Below the pieces are notes generated by a model that had not been told where the DNA came from, did not search any database, and saw only the letters and a list, made by a program, of their open reading frames with translations. The translations under genes and the position numbers were made by a program. From Thermoplasmata archaeon UBA184 (GTDB lineage: Archaea; Thermoplasmatota; Thermoplasmata; Lutacidiplasmatales; UBA184), in the NCBI GenBank assembly GCA_002495185.1, contig DAEB01000040.1, positions 29,184 through 93,183 on the forward strand: a stretch of 64,000 bases of DNA. The letters run 5' to 3'. Below, one piece after another: positions 1 to 8,317 of the stretch (position 1 is its first letter; every line of letters begins with the position of its first letter).

Positions 1-247
1 GGGTGGTGATCTCCTTCCAGGTCTTGCCCCAATTGGTCGACTTCTGAAGCATCGGGCCCCAGAATCCGTTGTTCACGGCCGCGTACAAGGTGCCCGGGTG
101 GCGAGGGTCGGCCACGACGTGGTAGACCTCGCTCCCCTCGTGGGCCGCCGGTCCGACCTTCCAGCTCCGACGCTTCGAGTCGCCCGTGACGACGTACGTT
201 CCCTTTCGCGTGCCCACCAAGATCCTGACCGTGCCGCTCTTCGCCAT
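1..247 (-). CDS. BNR/Asp-box repeat protein (sialidase/glycosyl-hydrolase-like beta-propeller), N-terminal fragment; gene continues beyond the window start
   Basis: Reverse-strand ATG at 247 translates to MAKSGTVRILVGTRKGTYVVTGDSKRRSWKV...STNWGKTWKEITT. Two S-x-D/N-x-G-x-T/S-W (BNR/Asp-box) motifs are visible. The reading frame runs off the window edge, so it is absent from the ORF track. Confidence 0.55.
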   Translation of the reverse strand, partial: MAKSGTVRILVGTRKGTYVVTGDSKRRSWKVGPAAHEGSEVYHVVADPRHPGTLYAAVNNGFWGPMLQKSTNWGKTWKEITT

Positions 248-259
248 GTCCGTGACTCG

Positions 260-529
260 CTAGCCCCCCGCAATGGAATGGAGGATATCTACCTCACGGG
301 CGCCGGAAAGGGACGTTCCGACCCCCGTCGTTCCGCTGACGTCTTCTCCGTCCACGAAGACCCGGACGTAGCGACGGAGTCGCCCCGTCTCGTCCCGGAT
401 TCGGAAGCGAAGCCGGGGGTACCGGCCTTCGAGAACGTCGAGGAGCTGCGCGACCGAGCCGGCGTCGACCTTCTCTCGGCCCCGGGGCCCGAACTCGCGA
501 AGCCAACTGTCGAGATGCACGTCCAGCAT
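260..529 (-). CDS. MoaD/ThiS-family ubiquitin-like small protein (SAMP-like) ending in a free Gly-Gly
   Basis: 89 aa. C-terminus ...VDILHSIAGG is followed directly by the stop codon. Size and beta-grasp-like composition fit MoaD/ThiS/SAMP. Confidence 0.55.
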   Translation of the reverse strand: MLDVHLDSWLREFGPRGREKVDAGSVAQLLDVLEGRYPRLRFRIRDETGRLRRYVRVFVDGEDVSGTTGVGTSLSGAREVDILHSIAGG

Positions 530-638
530 CGGAGGTTGGCTCGCCCCATCCGGTTCGGGTTCATGAAGGTCGGGGTCGGCGTTCTTCGGTCGACTTCGGC
601 CTCTCGGGTCCCCCTCGAGTGGACGGAACCCCTCGGTC

Positions 639-1823
639 CTAGGTCGGCGCCCACGGGGCGACCGGCTCGGTCCGGGCCACGATCTCCGTGGGATGGCGCC
701 ACCAGTAGAGGAGAATCAGGGTCACCACGGCGATCCGGAGGTAGATGCTGAGCCCCATCATCCAGGAGGAGACCGAGAGTCCCCAAGCGCCGGCGTTGAA
801 GTAGGTCACGAAGTCGTTCCCGCGGAACCCGAGCTGGCCGAGGATCCACGGACCGAGGTTCACGTGGAAGCCGAAGAGCAGGTTCCCGACGAAATAGTAG
901 CCCAGGTCGTTCATCAGGGAGACCAGGAGGCCGAGACTGACGGCCAGGGGCCAGGACCTCCACCCTTCGAACACGATGAGCACCATGAACGGAGCCATGT
1001 AGGTCAGAATGAGCCAGATCCCGTACGCGGGAGCCTCCTTCCCGAAGAGGTCGATCCAGTTGATGAGGAACAGACCGTAGAACGCCGAGAAGAGGATCAG
1101 CTTCAGGAGGACGAACTGGCGGGGGTCGGTCGGATGAAGGCCCGTGACCACCGTCTCGATGCCGGTCGCGAGCAGCAGGAGACCGACCAGGATGGCGAAC
1201 CCGGTCAGGGCGAGGCCCTCGAAGGTGATGGCGATGACCACGAAGAGGAGGATGAGGGCGCCTGTGCTGAGCAGGGACCCCCGCAGCCAGAGCGGAGCGG
1301 CGACGCCCGCCGCCTGCATGATCCGCCCGAAGCCGAGGAGGATGAGGACGCTCGCCAGGATGAACGTGGCCGCCGTGCCCGCCAGCCGGGGGTCGAGCAC
1401 GGCGAAGGCGGCTCCCGCGAACCCGAGGATGCCGAGGCCCACGAGCCCCCAACCCGGTATCGAACGCCACCAGTAGCTCTGGGGCGCATGGACCCGAAAC
1501 CAGTTCTCGGACAGGACTCGCCCCCCCGCGAGGAGGGTCTGGGCCGAGAGGAGGACGACCGTTTCTCCGAGAAGAAGCAGCAATCCGTTGATCGAGTACT
1601 CGAGCGTCGCCAGGACGACGATCGCGAACCCTACGGAGAAGAGACCGAGGAACACCTGGGCGCCGCGCGCCAGGTCGGTGCGGAGCCGGACCGCCCGCGC
1701 TTCCTGCGACTTCGCGTTGCTCTCGGGTGGACTCGAGCGGGCATCGGGGCCCGGGGAATCCGGTCGAGGAGGCTCGGCCGGTCGTTCCGGTGGCTCGCTC
1801 GCAGGGACGGCGGTCGCGCTCAT
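639..1823 (-). CDS. polytopic integral membrane protein of unknown function (about 10 TM helices)
   Basis: Translation is dominated by long hydrophobic segments (LFSVGFAIVVLATLEY..., ILLGFGRIMQAAGVAAPLWL..., LILFSAFYGLFLINWIDLF...). The start was moved to the internal Met (MSATAV...) because the upstream extension is low-complexity. The antisense ORFs 693..1859 and 289..1470 are charge-rich artefacts. Confidence 0.6.
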   Translation of the reverse strand: MSATAVPASEPPERPAEPPRPDSPGPDARSSPPESNAKSQEARAVRLRTDLARGAQVFLGLFSVGFAIVVLATLEYSINGLLLLLGETVVLLSAQTLLAGGRVLSENWFRVHAPQSYWWRSIPGWGLVGLGILGFAGAAFAVLDPRLAGTAATFILASVLILLGFGRIMQAAGVAAPLWLRGSLLSTGALILLFVVIAITFEGLALTGFAILVGLLLLATGIETVVTGLHPTDPRQFVLLKLILFSAFYGLFLINWIDLFGKEAPAYGIWLILTYMAPFMVLIVFEGWRSWPLAVSLGLLVSLMNDLGYYFVGNLLFGFHVNLGPWILGQLGFRGNDFVTYFNAGAWGLSVSSWMMGLSIYLRIAVVTLILLYWWRHPTEIVARTEPVAPWAPT

Positions 1824-2122
1824 CGTGGGTCGATCCGGCGGCGTCCCTTCGAGACGTAGTCGAAGAACTTCTCCGTGATGCCGCCCGAGGTCCACTCCGC
1901 TCGCAGGCGCGTGCGCTTCTCGGCCCGTCGGAGTTCGGTGAGGACCCCGCGGTTCAGCTCGCGGGCGCTCGCGCCCTTGAGGACGGCCTCGACCCGGAAC
2001 TCCCCGGCCCGGTCCCCCGGCTCGACCGAACCTGCTCCGAAGAGTCGCTCGAGCACGGGACGAACCGCGCGGGGGCGGTCCGTGCTCACCCGGGCGGAGA
2101 GGGTGTACTGGGTGTCCGCCAC
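1820..2122 (-). CDS. hypothetical small protein (100 aa)
   Basis: ORF with a balanced, non-repetitive composition, overlapping the start of the membrane-protein gene by 4 nt (operon-like). No family recognised. Confidence 0.35.
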   Translation of the reverse strand: MADTQYTLSARVSTDRPRAVRPVLERLFGAGSVEPGDRAGEFRVEAVLKGASARELNRGVLTELRRAEKRTRLRAEWTSGGITEKFFDYVSKGRRRIDPR

Positions 2123-2231
2123 GACGAACCCCTACCCTCCCGCGGAAAAAGCACCTTGTGTCCGGGACGCCTCCGGGCCACCGGTCACGGGTCGAGCCAA
2201 GTTGACCGCGAGGTCATAGCGCCAGCGCGAC

Positions 2232-2663
2232 GTGGAACTCGATGGGGCGGCCATGGAAAGTCGCGGGGTCTGGCAGGGGGGATTCGAGGTCCGGCTCGAG
2301 AACGGGCGCGGTCACTCGGTCACGATCGACGAGCCGGTCGAGGCGGGCGGGACCGACAAGGGACCGGCGGCGATCGAGCTTCTCTTGCTCTCGCTCACCG
2401 GCTGCATCTCCACGATCTTTCACATCATCGCGGAGAAACGCCGGCTCCCGTTCGAGGGGTTCTCGGTCTCGTTGAAGGCAGAGCGGCGAAAGGGGGCACC
2501 GACAATCGAACGGGTGCATGGTACGGTCGAGGTGAGGACCCGCGCCCCGAAGGAGGAGGTCGACATCGTCCTGCGGCAGACGCTCCGCACCTGCCCGGTC
2601 GGGGTTCTCCTCGACCGCGCCCAGGTTCCCATGGACGTCACCGCCCGGGTCGTACCGCCATAA
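2232..2663 (+). CDS. OsmC/Ohr-family peroxiredoxin-like protein
   Basis: GPAAIELLLLSLTGCISTIFHIIAEKRRL and a second region with conserved Cys (LRTCPVGVLL) are typical of OsmC/Ohr. The true start may be the second Met, at 2253. Confidence 0.7.
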   Translation: MELDGAAMESRGVWQGGFEVRLENGRGHSVTIDEPVEAGGTDKGPAAIELLLLSLTGCISTIFHIIAEKRRLPFEGFSVSLKAERRKGAPTIERVHGTVEVRTRAPKEEVDIVLRQTLRTCPVGVLLDRAQVPMDVTARVVPP

Positions 2664-2702
2664 CTTCGCGACGGTATCCCACCCTCGCGGTATCGTGGGT
2701 CG

Positions 2703-3344
2703 ATGAAGGTCGAGGTCTGGGCGGACGTCGTCTGCCCGTGGTGCTACATCGGGCGACGACGATTCGAGACGGCGCTCGACCGGTTCGCCGGGCGGAGCTC
2801 GGTCGAGGTCCAATATCGAAGCTTCGAGCTCGACCCGGGGGCTCCGCTCGAGTCGGACATGTCGCTTGACGAGCACCTCGCGGCCAAGTACGGGATCTCG
2901 GTCGAAGAAGCGCACCGGGCGAACGAGCGGGTCGCCCGAGTCGCGGCCGAGGAGGGTCTCGACTTCCATCTCGAGCGGGCGAAACCGACGAACACTCTCG
3001 CCGCCCACCGGCTCCTTCAGCTCGCCAACGTCCGCCACCGTCGCCCGGCGGTCGAGGAGCGGTTCCTCCGCGGGTACTTCTCTGAGGGCGCGCGCCTCAG
3101 CGACCTCGAAACGCTGCTCCGCCTCTCCACCGAATCGGGTTTGAAGGACGACGACGTCCGTCGCGTCCTCGCGGGGCAGGCGTTCACGCTGCAGGTCCGC
3201 CAGGACGAGAAAGAGGCCGCCAGCCTCGGCGCCGAAGGGGTGCCGTTCTTTCTCTTCAACGGCGTCCGCACGGTCTCGGGAGCCCAACCCTCCGACTTCT
3301 TCCTCCGGGTCTTGGAGATGGTCGCGGCGTCCTCGTCACCCTAG
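2703..3344 (+). CDS. DsbA-family thiol:disulfide oxidoreductase (FrnE/HCCA-isomerase-like)
   Basis: N-terminal VWADVVCPWCYIG is the CxxC thioredoxin-fold motif. Length 213 aa and overall layout fit DsbA-like proteins. Confidence 0.75.
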   Translation: MKVEVWADVVCPWCYIGRRRFETALDRFAGRSSVEVQYRSFELDPGAPLESDMSLDEHLAAKYGISVEEAHRANERVARVAAEEGLDFHLERAKPTNTLAAHRLLQLANVRHRRPAVEERFLRGYFSEGARLSDLETLLRLSTESGLKDDDVRRVLAGQAFTLQVRQDEKEAASLGAEGVPFFLFNGVRTVSGAQPSDFFLRVLEMVAASSSP

Positions 3345-3377
3345 CGGGATCGCGCTCACTTCGGATGCGCCCGAAAT

Positions 3378-3412
3378 GTTACTAAAACAGTAACTTTAAT
3401 GCTATACGAACA
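3378..3412 (+). promoter_or_regulatory. candidate archaeal-type promoter (TTTAAT box ~27 bp upstream of the AbiEi start) with a perfect inverted repeat GTTACT-N5-AGTAAC (3379-3395)
   Basis: An AT-rich patch, tgttactaaaacagtaactttaatgctatac, sits in otherwise >65% GC DNA immediately upstream of the 3425 ATG. The palindrome is a plausible autoregulatory operator for the AbiEi-like regulator. Confidence 0.35.
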
Positions 3413-3424
3413 CATGTCCCTCTC

Positions 3425-4252
3425 ATGCGCCTGAGGTCGCTCTCGGCCACCGAGGCTCGGGTGATTCTCTCCCTCGAGGCCGAGGGAGTCCACGAGCTCT
3501 CCCTGGATTCCATCGAGTCGAGGGCCGCCGTGCACCGTGGGTTCGCGCGGAAGATCGCCCACGACCTCGTCCGCAAGGGTTGGCTCCAGCGGGTCGGGCG
3601 GGGCCGATACCTCCTCAACCCGAGCGAGCGAGGTCCCGAAGCGGTCCCCGACACCGACCCCCTGCGGGCCGGCGGCCACGTCGTACGTCCGTACTACTTC
3701 GGCTACGCGACCGCCGCGGAGCTGTGGGGGTTCCTCCTGCAGGTCGGGCGGGTCTACTACATCGTGACCCCCGTCCGCACGACGGTCACCCTCCAGCATC
3801 CCGCACAGTTCCGGTTCGTGCGGATGCCGACGAACCGGTTCTTCGGCCTCCGCGAGATCCGCCGCCGGGACGAACCCGTGGTCGTGAGCGATCCGGAGAG
3901 GACCGTCCTCGACTGCGCGGACCGCCCCGAGCTGTCGGGCGGGATGGGAGGGGTCGTACAGATCATCGCGCGGGCGAAGCCCCGCCTCTCCTGGGGCCGG
4001 TTGAGCGACTATCTTCGCCGGATGGGGAACCGAAGCCTCGCGCTTCGGGTGGGATTCCTCGCGGAGACGGTCCGGCCCTCCCTCGCGCCCCCCCGAGACT
4101 GGCATTCGCGCTGGCACGTCCGGCCCGACGAACCGTGGGTCCCGCTGGGTCCCCCGCGGACGTTCGGTCGGCGGGGGCCGCACGACCGACGCTGGCATAT
4201 CGTCCGGAACGTCCCCGATAGCGTCCTCTACTCGGAGGTGGAACCGACGTGA
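3425..4252 (+). CDS. abiEi: AbiEi-family antitoxin/transcriptional regulator (type IV TA, abortive infection)
   Basis: N-terminal winged-helix-like segment DLVRKGWLQRVGRGRYLL fits the AbiEi_4 pattern. Its stop overlaps the GTG start of the downstream AbiEii-like gene (GTGA). Confidence 0.65.
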   Translation: MRLRSLSATEARVILSLEAEGVHELSLDSIESRAAVHRGFARKIAHDLVRKGWLQRVGRGRYLLNPSERGPEAVPDTDPLRAGGHVVRPYYFGYATAAELWGFLLQVGRVYYIVTPVRTTVTLQHPAQFRFVRMPTNRFFGLREIRRRDEPVVVSDPERTVLDCADRPELSGGMGGVVQIIARAKPRLSWGRLSDYLRRMGNRSLALRVGFLAETVRPSLAPPRDWHSRWHVRPDEPWVPLGPPRTFGRRGPHDRRWHIVRNVPDSVLYSEVEPT

Positions 4253-5154
4253 TCCCTCGCTCGGTCGCCAATCGATTCGCGAACGTGATGGGGGTCGACC
4301 TCCACATCGCCCAGCAGGAGATCGTCCTCCTCTACGCCCTGGACGCGCTCGCCGGCCACGGAGTCCTCGACCGCCTCGTCTTCAAGGGTGGGACGTACCT
4401 TCGAATGATGGTCACCGGAGACGTGGGCCGCCTCTCCGAGGACCTCGACTTCACGAGCCGGGGCCTTCCCGAGGACCCCGAACCGGACGTCCGGGAAGCG
4501 TTCGCCGCTCCTCATCACGGAGTCGCTTTCGAGGTTCGCGAACCGTACCGGACCCAACGGAAGAACTGGGGCTGCCAGGTCCGATACTCCCACGAATGGG
4601 ACATGGGAGCGTTCCGGTTCGAGGTCAGCTATCGGGAGACGACGTTCCTCCCGGCGGGCCGCTGGCGGCCCCTCCCGCAGCCGTACTTCCCGGCACTGCC
4701 GTTCGTCCCCCCCGAGGTCCCGTCGCTCCGGGTCGAGGAAGCTCTCGCCGAGAAGCTCCGGGCGATCCAGCAGCGCGCCACGGAGCGGGACCTCTACGAC
4801 GCGATGCGCTACGGCCGCAAGGGGTTCGATACCGGGCTCGTGCGCCTCCTCGCCGTCGCGAAGCTCTGGAACGACCGCGAGGCGTTCGACCCCGACCGGA
4901 TCCTCCGGACGCTCTCCGAGGGGCGACGGGAGTGGCCCGACCTCGAGCGACTGATCGGTCGGGCCCGTCAGCGGGACTGGAACCGGGACGCCGCCACCGC
5001 GGCCGAACGATTCGGATTCCTCCGCTCGCTCACTCCGTTCGAGAGAGCGCTCGTCGCCGACGTCCGCCGCCATGCGATGCGCGCGGAGCTCCTCGACCGC
5101 TTCGCGACCTATGCCCTCCCGGAGCGGGGCGGGCGCCCCGCTCGGAACGGTTAA
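4249..5154 (+). CDS. abiEii: AbiEii/AbiGii-family nucleotidyltransferase toxin (DUF1814)
   Basis: VFKGGTYLRMMVTGDVGRLSEDLDFT matches the hallmark nucleotidyltransferase motif of the AbiEii family. 301 aa, translationally coupled to the upstream AbiEi-like gene. Confidence 0.75.
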   Translation: MIPRSVANRFANVMGVDLHIAQQEIVLLYALDALAGHGVLDRLVFKGGTYLRMMVTGDVGRLSEDLDFTSRGLPEDPEPDVREAFAAPHHGVAFEVREPYRTQRKNWGCQVRYSHEWDMGAFRFEVSYRETTFLPAGRWRPLPQPYFPALPFVPPEVPSLRVEEALAEKLRAIQQRATERDLYDAMRYGRKGFDTGLVRLLAVAKLWNDREAFDPDRILRTLSEGRREWPDLERLIGRARQRDWNRDAATAAERFGFLRSLTPFERALVADVRRHAMRAELLDRFATYALPERGGRPARNG

Positions 5155-5192
5155 GCCCACCAGTCCGACTCACCGAGCCGAGGAGGCGAAGG

Positions 5193-6146
5193 ATGCCGCT
5201 CCTGGGGCGGACGGGCATCGAGATCACCCCCGTCGGACTGGGCACCTGGGCGATCGGAGGAGGAGGATGGGAGTTCGGCTGGGGACCCCAAGACGACGAC
5301 AAGTCCCGCGCCGCCATCCGTCGCGCGCACGAGCGCGGGGTCTCCTGGATCGATACCGCTCCCGCGTACGGCACGGGGCATGCCGAAGAGATCGTGGGCG
5401 AAGTCGTCCCGGGGCTCGCACCGCGCCCGCACGTGTTCACGAAGGTGTCCCTCATCTGGAATGCCGACCGCCGCATCGCCCACAACCTGAAGGCCGACTC
5501 CCTCCGAGCCGAGGTCGAGGCAAGTCGACGACGACTCCGCGCCGACGCGCTCGACCTCGTCCAGGTCCATTGGCCCGAGCCGGACCGGGATATCGAGGAA
5601 GGATGGCGCACGCTCGCCGAACTCAAGGCGCAGGGAGTCGTCCATCACATCGGGGTCTCCAACTTCAACATCCCCCAGATGGAACGGGCGAGCGCGATCG
5701 CTCCGGTCGAGACCTTGCAGCCACCCTACTCGCTGATCGTGCCCGAAGCGGAGGACGAGATCCTCCCGTACGCGCGGGCCCACGGGATCGGCGTGATCGC
5801 GTATTCTCCGATGGGATGCGGGCTTCTGACCGGGTCGATGACACCCGACCGCATCGCCCGATTGCCCGCCGATGATTGGCGTCGCCAGGACTCCGACTTT
5901 CGCGAGCCCCGGCTCTCTCGCAACCTCGCGCTGGCGAACCTTCTGGGCGAGATCGGGACGCGCCACGGGGGCCGCTCGGCGGGGGAGGTCGCGGTCGCCT
6001 GGGTGCTTTCGAACCCGGCGGTTACGGGAGCCATCGTCGGCGCTCGCTCGGCCGAGCAGGTGGACGGCGTGGTGGGAGCGATGACCCTACGGCTGACGCC
6101 CGAGGACCTCAGGGAGATCTCGGCGTTCCGGACCGAGCACCCCTGA
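5193..6146 (+). CDS. aldo/keto reductase
   Basis: LGTWAIGGGGWEFGWG...AIRRAHERGVSWIDTAPAYG...GVSNF...IAYSPMGCGLLTG are the classic AKR motifs. Start set at MPLLGRT (5193), preceded by GAGGAGG. The longer ORF 4596..6146 in the track is an upstream frame extension. Confidence 0.85.
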   Translation: MPLLGRTGIEITPVGLGTWAIGGGGWEFGWGPQDDDKSRAAIRRAHERGVSWIDTAPAYGTGHAEEIVGEVVPGLAPRPHVFTKVSLIWNADRRIAHNLKADSLRAEVEASRRRLRADALDLVQVHWPEPDRDIEEGWRTLAELKAQGVVHHIGVSNFNIPQMERASAIAPVETLQPPYSLIVPEAEDEILPYARAHGIGVIAYSPMGCGLLTGSMTPDRIARLPADDWRRQDSDFREPRLSRNLALANLLGEIGTRHGGRSAGEVAVAWVLSNPAVTGAIVGARSAEQVDGVVGAMTLRLTPEDLREISAFRTEHP

Positions 6147-6173
6147 CCGGGACGAGTCGGAGCCGACCCGAAG

Positions 6174-6614
6174 TCACTTGGAGCTCTTGGCAAACTCGCG
6201 GATCCCGGCGGCGTCTTCGTTGTACGCCATTTCCCACGCTCCGCGAACCATCGGCTCGAGCTGAGCGGGAGGGATTCCCGACGCGACCATGTCACCGAAG
6301 ATCGAGACCTCGGTCTCGTTGCCGTGCGGTGTGTAGACGTTGAACATCTTCGAACCCGCCAACGGTCCCTCGATCGCTTCGACCGCCATCCCGAGCGGTG
6401 GGAAGACGGTGATCCGGTTCGCGACCTTCACCCACTTGCCGTTCATCTCCTGTTCCCACGAAACGACGAACGAGCTATCGGAGATCGGCTGCATCGCTCG
6501 GTTGCGAGAGCCGCGGTGAGCGCCCCCGTGCGCAGCCGGGTCCTGGAGGTACTTCCAGAGGATTTCGAGGTTCGCGTCAAACTTGCTTCCTTCCTGGTCG
6601 CTGATGCGGGCCAT
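6174..6614 (-). CDS. hypothetical protein, possibly SRPBCC (Bet v1-like) fold
   Basis: ~147 aa from MARISDQE. Size and alternating pattern are compatible with START/Bet v1-like proteins, but there is no diagnostic motif. Confidence 0.35.
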   Translation of the reverse strand: MARISDQEGSKFDANLEILWKYLQDPAAHGGAHRGSRNRAMQPISDSSFVVSWEQEMNGKWVKVANRITVFPPLGMAVEAIEGPLAGSKMFNVYTPHGNETEVSIFGDMVASGIPPAQLEPMVRGAWEMAYNEDAAGIREFAKSSK

Positions 6615-6782
6615 GCCGGTCCCACCCGTCCTCCGATACATGAACTAGCCCTTTTCGAACTCCGGATGTCCCCGGAGAATCGGTTGCAAGCGCGCGGGCG
6701 CCTACGATAAACCTATGCGACGGACCGGCGGTTTCCCGACCGTTATACGCGCTCGAGTCGCTGCGCTGGCCGGTGGTGTACT

Positions 6783-8096
6783 GTGTCTCCTTCATCGCCC
6801 GAAGGGTCATCGGGCAGTATGGTCGCTGCCCCGCCTCCCCCGTCCGCCCCGACCGGTTCTTCGGTGACCTCGCCCCAGCGACGCCGGACGATGTTTCTCG
6901 CGATCGCGGCAGTGCTGATCGTCGCGGTCCTTATCGCCGCGCTGTTCGCCACGGGAATCCTGTCCACCAAGGGAGGTGGCGGATCGGGGACGAGCGGAAC
7001 GCCGTCGACCACCGCCCTCTCGGTCGCGAACGCGTATGCGAACACAACCGTCGGAGGACCCTGGAGCGTGGACGCGCTCTACGGCTTCGACCTCACCGTC
7101 ACGCACACCATTTCTCTCCAACCGTACGACACCAATCCACTCTGCACCTCCTCGGGAACTCAGAACTACACGGTGACGGGGACTTCCGCACCGTACGATG
7201 ACGGCACATTCACGACGTGGCTGGTCGGGTATCTCAACGCGAGCGGCCAGCTCGCGGTGGTCGTGAGCGGCAACGCGGTGGTGGCGCACTACGCCGTGTG
7301 GGGAGGGGCCAGCAACCATTGCTCGGGCATCTACCCGGGTCCCTCGGCGATCAGCACGAGCGGTGTGTCGAGCGAGCAGGCTGCGGCGGCGGCCCGAGCG
7401 AATGGGACCATCGCGTCGTTCATCGCGGCTCATCCGGCCGCGGATGCACGCGCCCTCCTCATCGCCGGGCAATGGACCATCGATTACACGACGTGCGACT
7501 TCTTCTATGACCCGGGAGCACCGGCGCTGGGTGCGAACCTCGAATTCAACGTGAATGCCACCGACGGCGCCTTCTCTCCCCTCTTCACCAACCTACCGTC
7601 CGCGAATTGTGCCGAGCAGTTCTGGTATGGCCAGAACATTCCGGCCGCCGACCTGTTCGCGGTCGGCGACCCCGTCCGAGGTACGTGCGCGACCGGGTCC
7701 ACCTTCGCGACCAACGGATGCCTGGCGGGGGACTTCACCTACCAGCTGACCGTCGGCACTTCGTACCTATCTTTTGGAGGGGTCATCTTCAACGTCGACA
7801 CGTCCACCGGCCCCCTGTACAACGTCCCTTCGCCCGGAGGGTTCTCTGTCGTTGCTCCTTCGAAAACCATCCTGGCGCAAGTCGCGATCCCGGGGGGTGC
7901 ATCGATGACCACGAACGGAGGGGTGGAGACGTTCGGGGTCGGGGAGTCGAGGGCAAACCTCCTCGTCGCCGGTGACACGATCGTCCTCGACATGGGAACC
8001 GCCGACCCGGCTGGGATGGGCTTGGGATTCTCTGCCACGATTTCAGTTCTCATCAACGGTGGGATGGTATTCACTCCGGTCGTCCCGCTCCCCTGA
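6783..8096 (+). CDS. membrane-anchored/secreted protein, paralog A of a lineage-specific family (CATG..NGC..D[FY]TY..GGFSV..LDMG C-terminal module)
   Basis: N-terminal RRR followed by TM helix MFLAIAAVLIVAVLIAALFATGIL. Thr/Ser/Gly/Asn-rich extracellular part with many N-x-S/T sequons. The C-terminal ~150 aa aligns with ORFs 12406..13230 and 33503..34033. Confidence 0.55.
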   Translation: MSPSSPEGSSGSMVAAPPPPSAPTGSSVTSPQRRRTMFLAIAAVLIVAVLIAALFATGILSTKGGGGSGTSGTPSTTALSVANAYANTTVGGPWSVDALYGFDLTVTHTISLQPYDTNPLCTSSGTQNYTVTGTSAPYDDGTFTTWLVGYLNASGQLAVVVSGNAVVAHYAVWGGASNHCSGIYPGPSAISTSGVSSEQAAAAARANGTIASFIAAHPAADARALLIAGQWTIDYTTCDFFYDPGAPALGANLEFNVNATDGAFSPLFTNLPSANCAEQFWYGQNIPAADLFAVGDPVRGTCATGSTFATNGCLAGDFTYQLTVGTSYLSFGGVIFNVDTSTGPLYNVPSPGGFSVVAPSKTILAQVAIPGGASMTTNGGVETFGVGESRANLLVAGDTIVLDMGTADPAGMGLGFSATISVLINGGMVFTPVVPLP

Positions 8097-8317
8097 CGGA
8101 CTCGGGGCCCCTCGGGCCCGCCGAGAATCGCGACCCTGCGTCGACCCACCGCGGATGCAGGTCCCGGGAGTAGATCGAGATCTCACCCCTCCCGCGGCCG
8201 ACCAAGCTCGCACCCATTCGCCCGGATGTCCGCAAGGGCGCCTCCCTCGGTTGGGTATATCGCAGGGAGATTCGCTTATGCAGTAGGGGACGGAGCGGTA
8301 CCTTCGACGGGGGAACG

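Noticed and set aside
289-1470. 393-aa minus-strand ORF overlapping the MoaD and membrane-protein genes
   Set aside because: Arg/Pro/Gly low-complexity translation typical of an out-of-frame read-through in >65% GC DNA. The in-frame alternatives are a coherent beta-grasp protein and a TM protein.
693-1859. 388-aa plus-strand ORF antisense to the membrane protein
   Set aside because: Extremely acidic/charged (E/D/R/H runs) with no hydrophobic core. The opposite strand encodes a clean polytopic membrane protein.
2214-3287. 357-aa minus-strand ORF covering the OsmC and DsbA genes
   Set aside because: Antisense to two genes with diagnostic motifs (OsmC Cys region, CPWC). Low-complexity Arg/Asp composition.
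4228-5160. 310-aa minus-strand ORF antisense to abiEii, and the 5' extension (4596..5192) of the aldo/keto reductase ORF
   Set aside because: The AbiEii motif on the + strand is diagnostic. The AKR homology starts only at Met 5193, and the upstream part is Pro/Arg junk in a different gene's frame.
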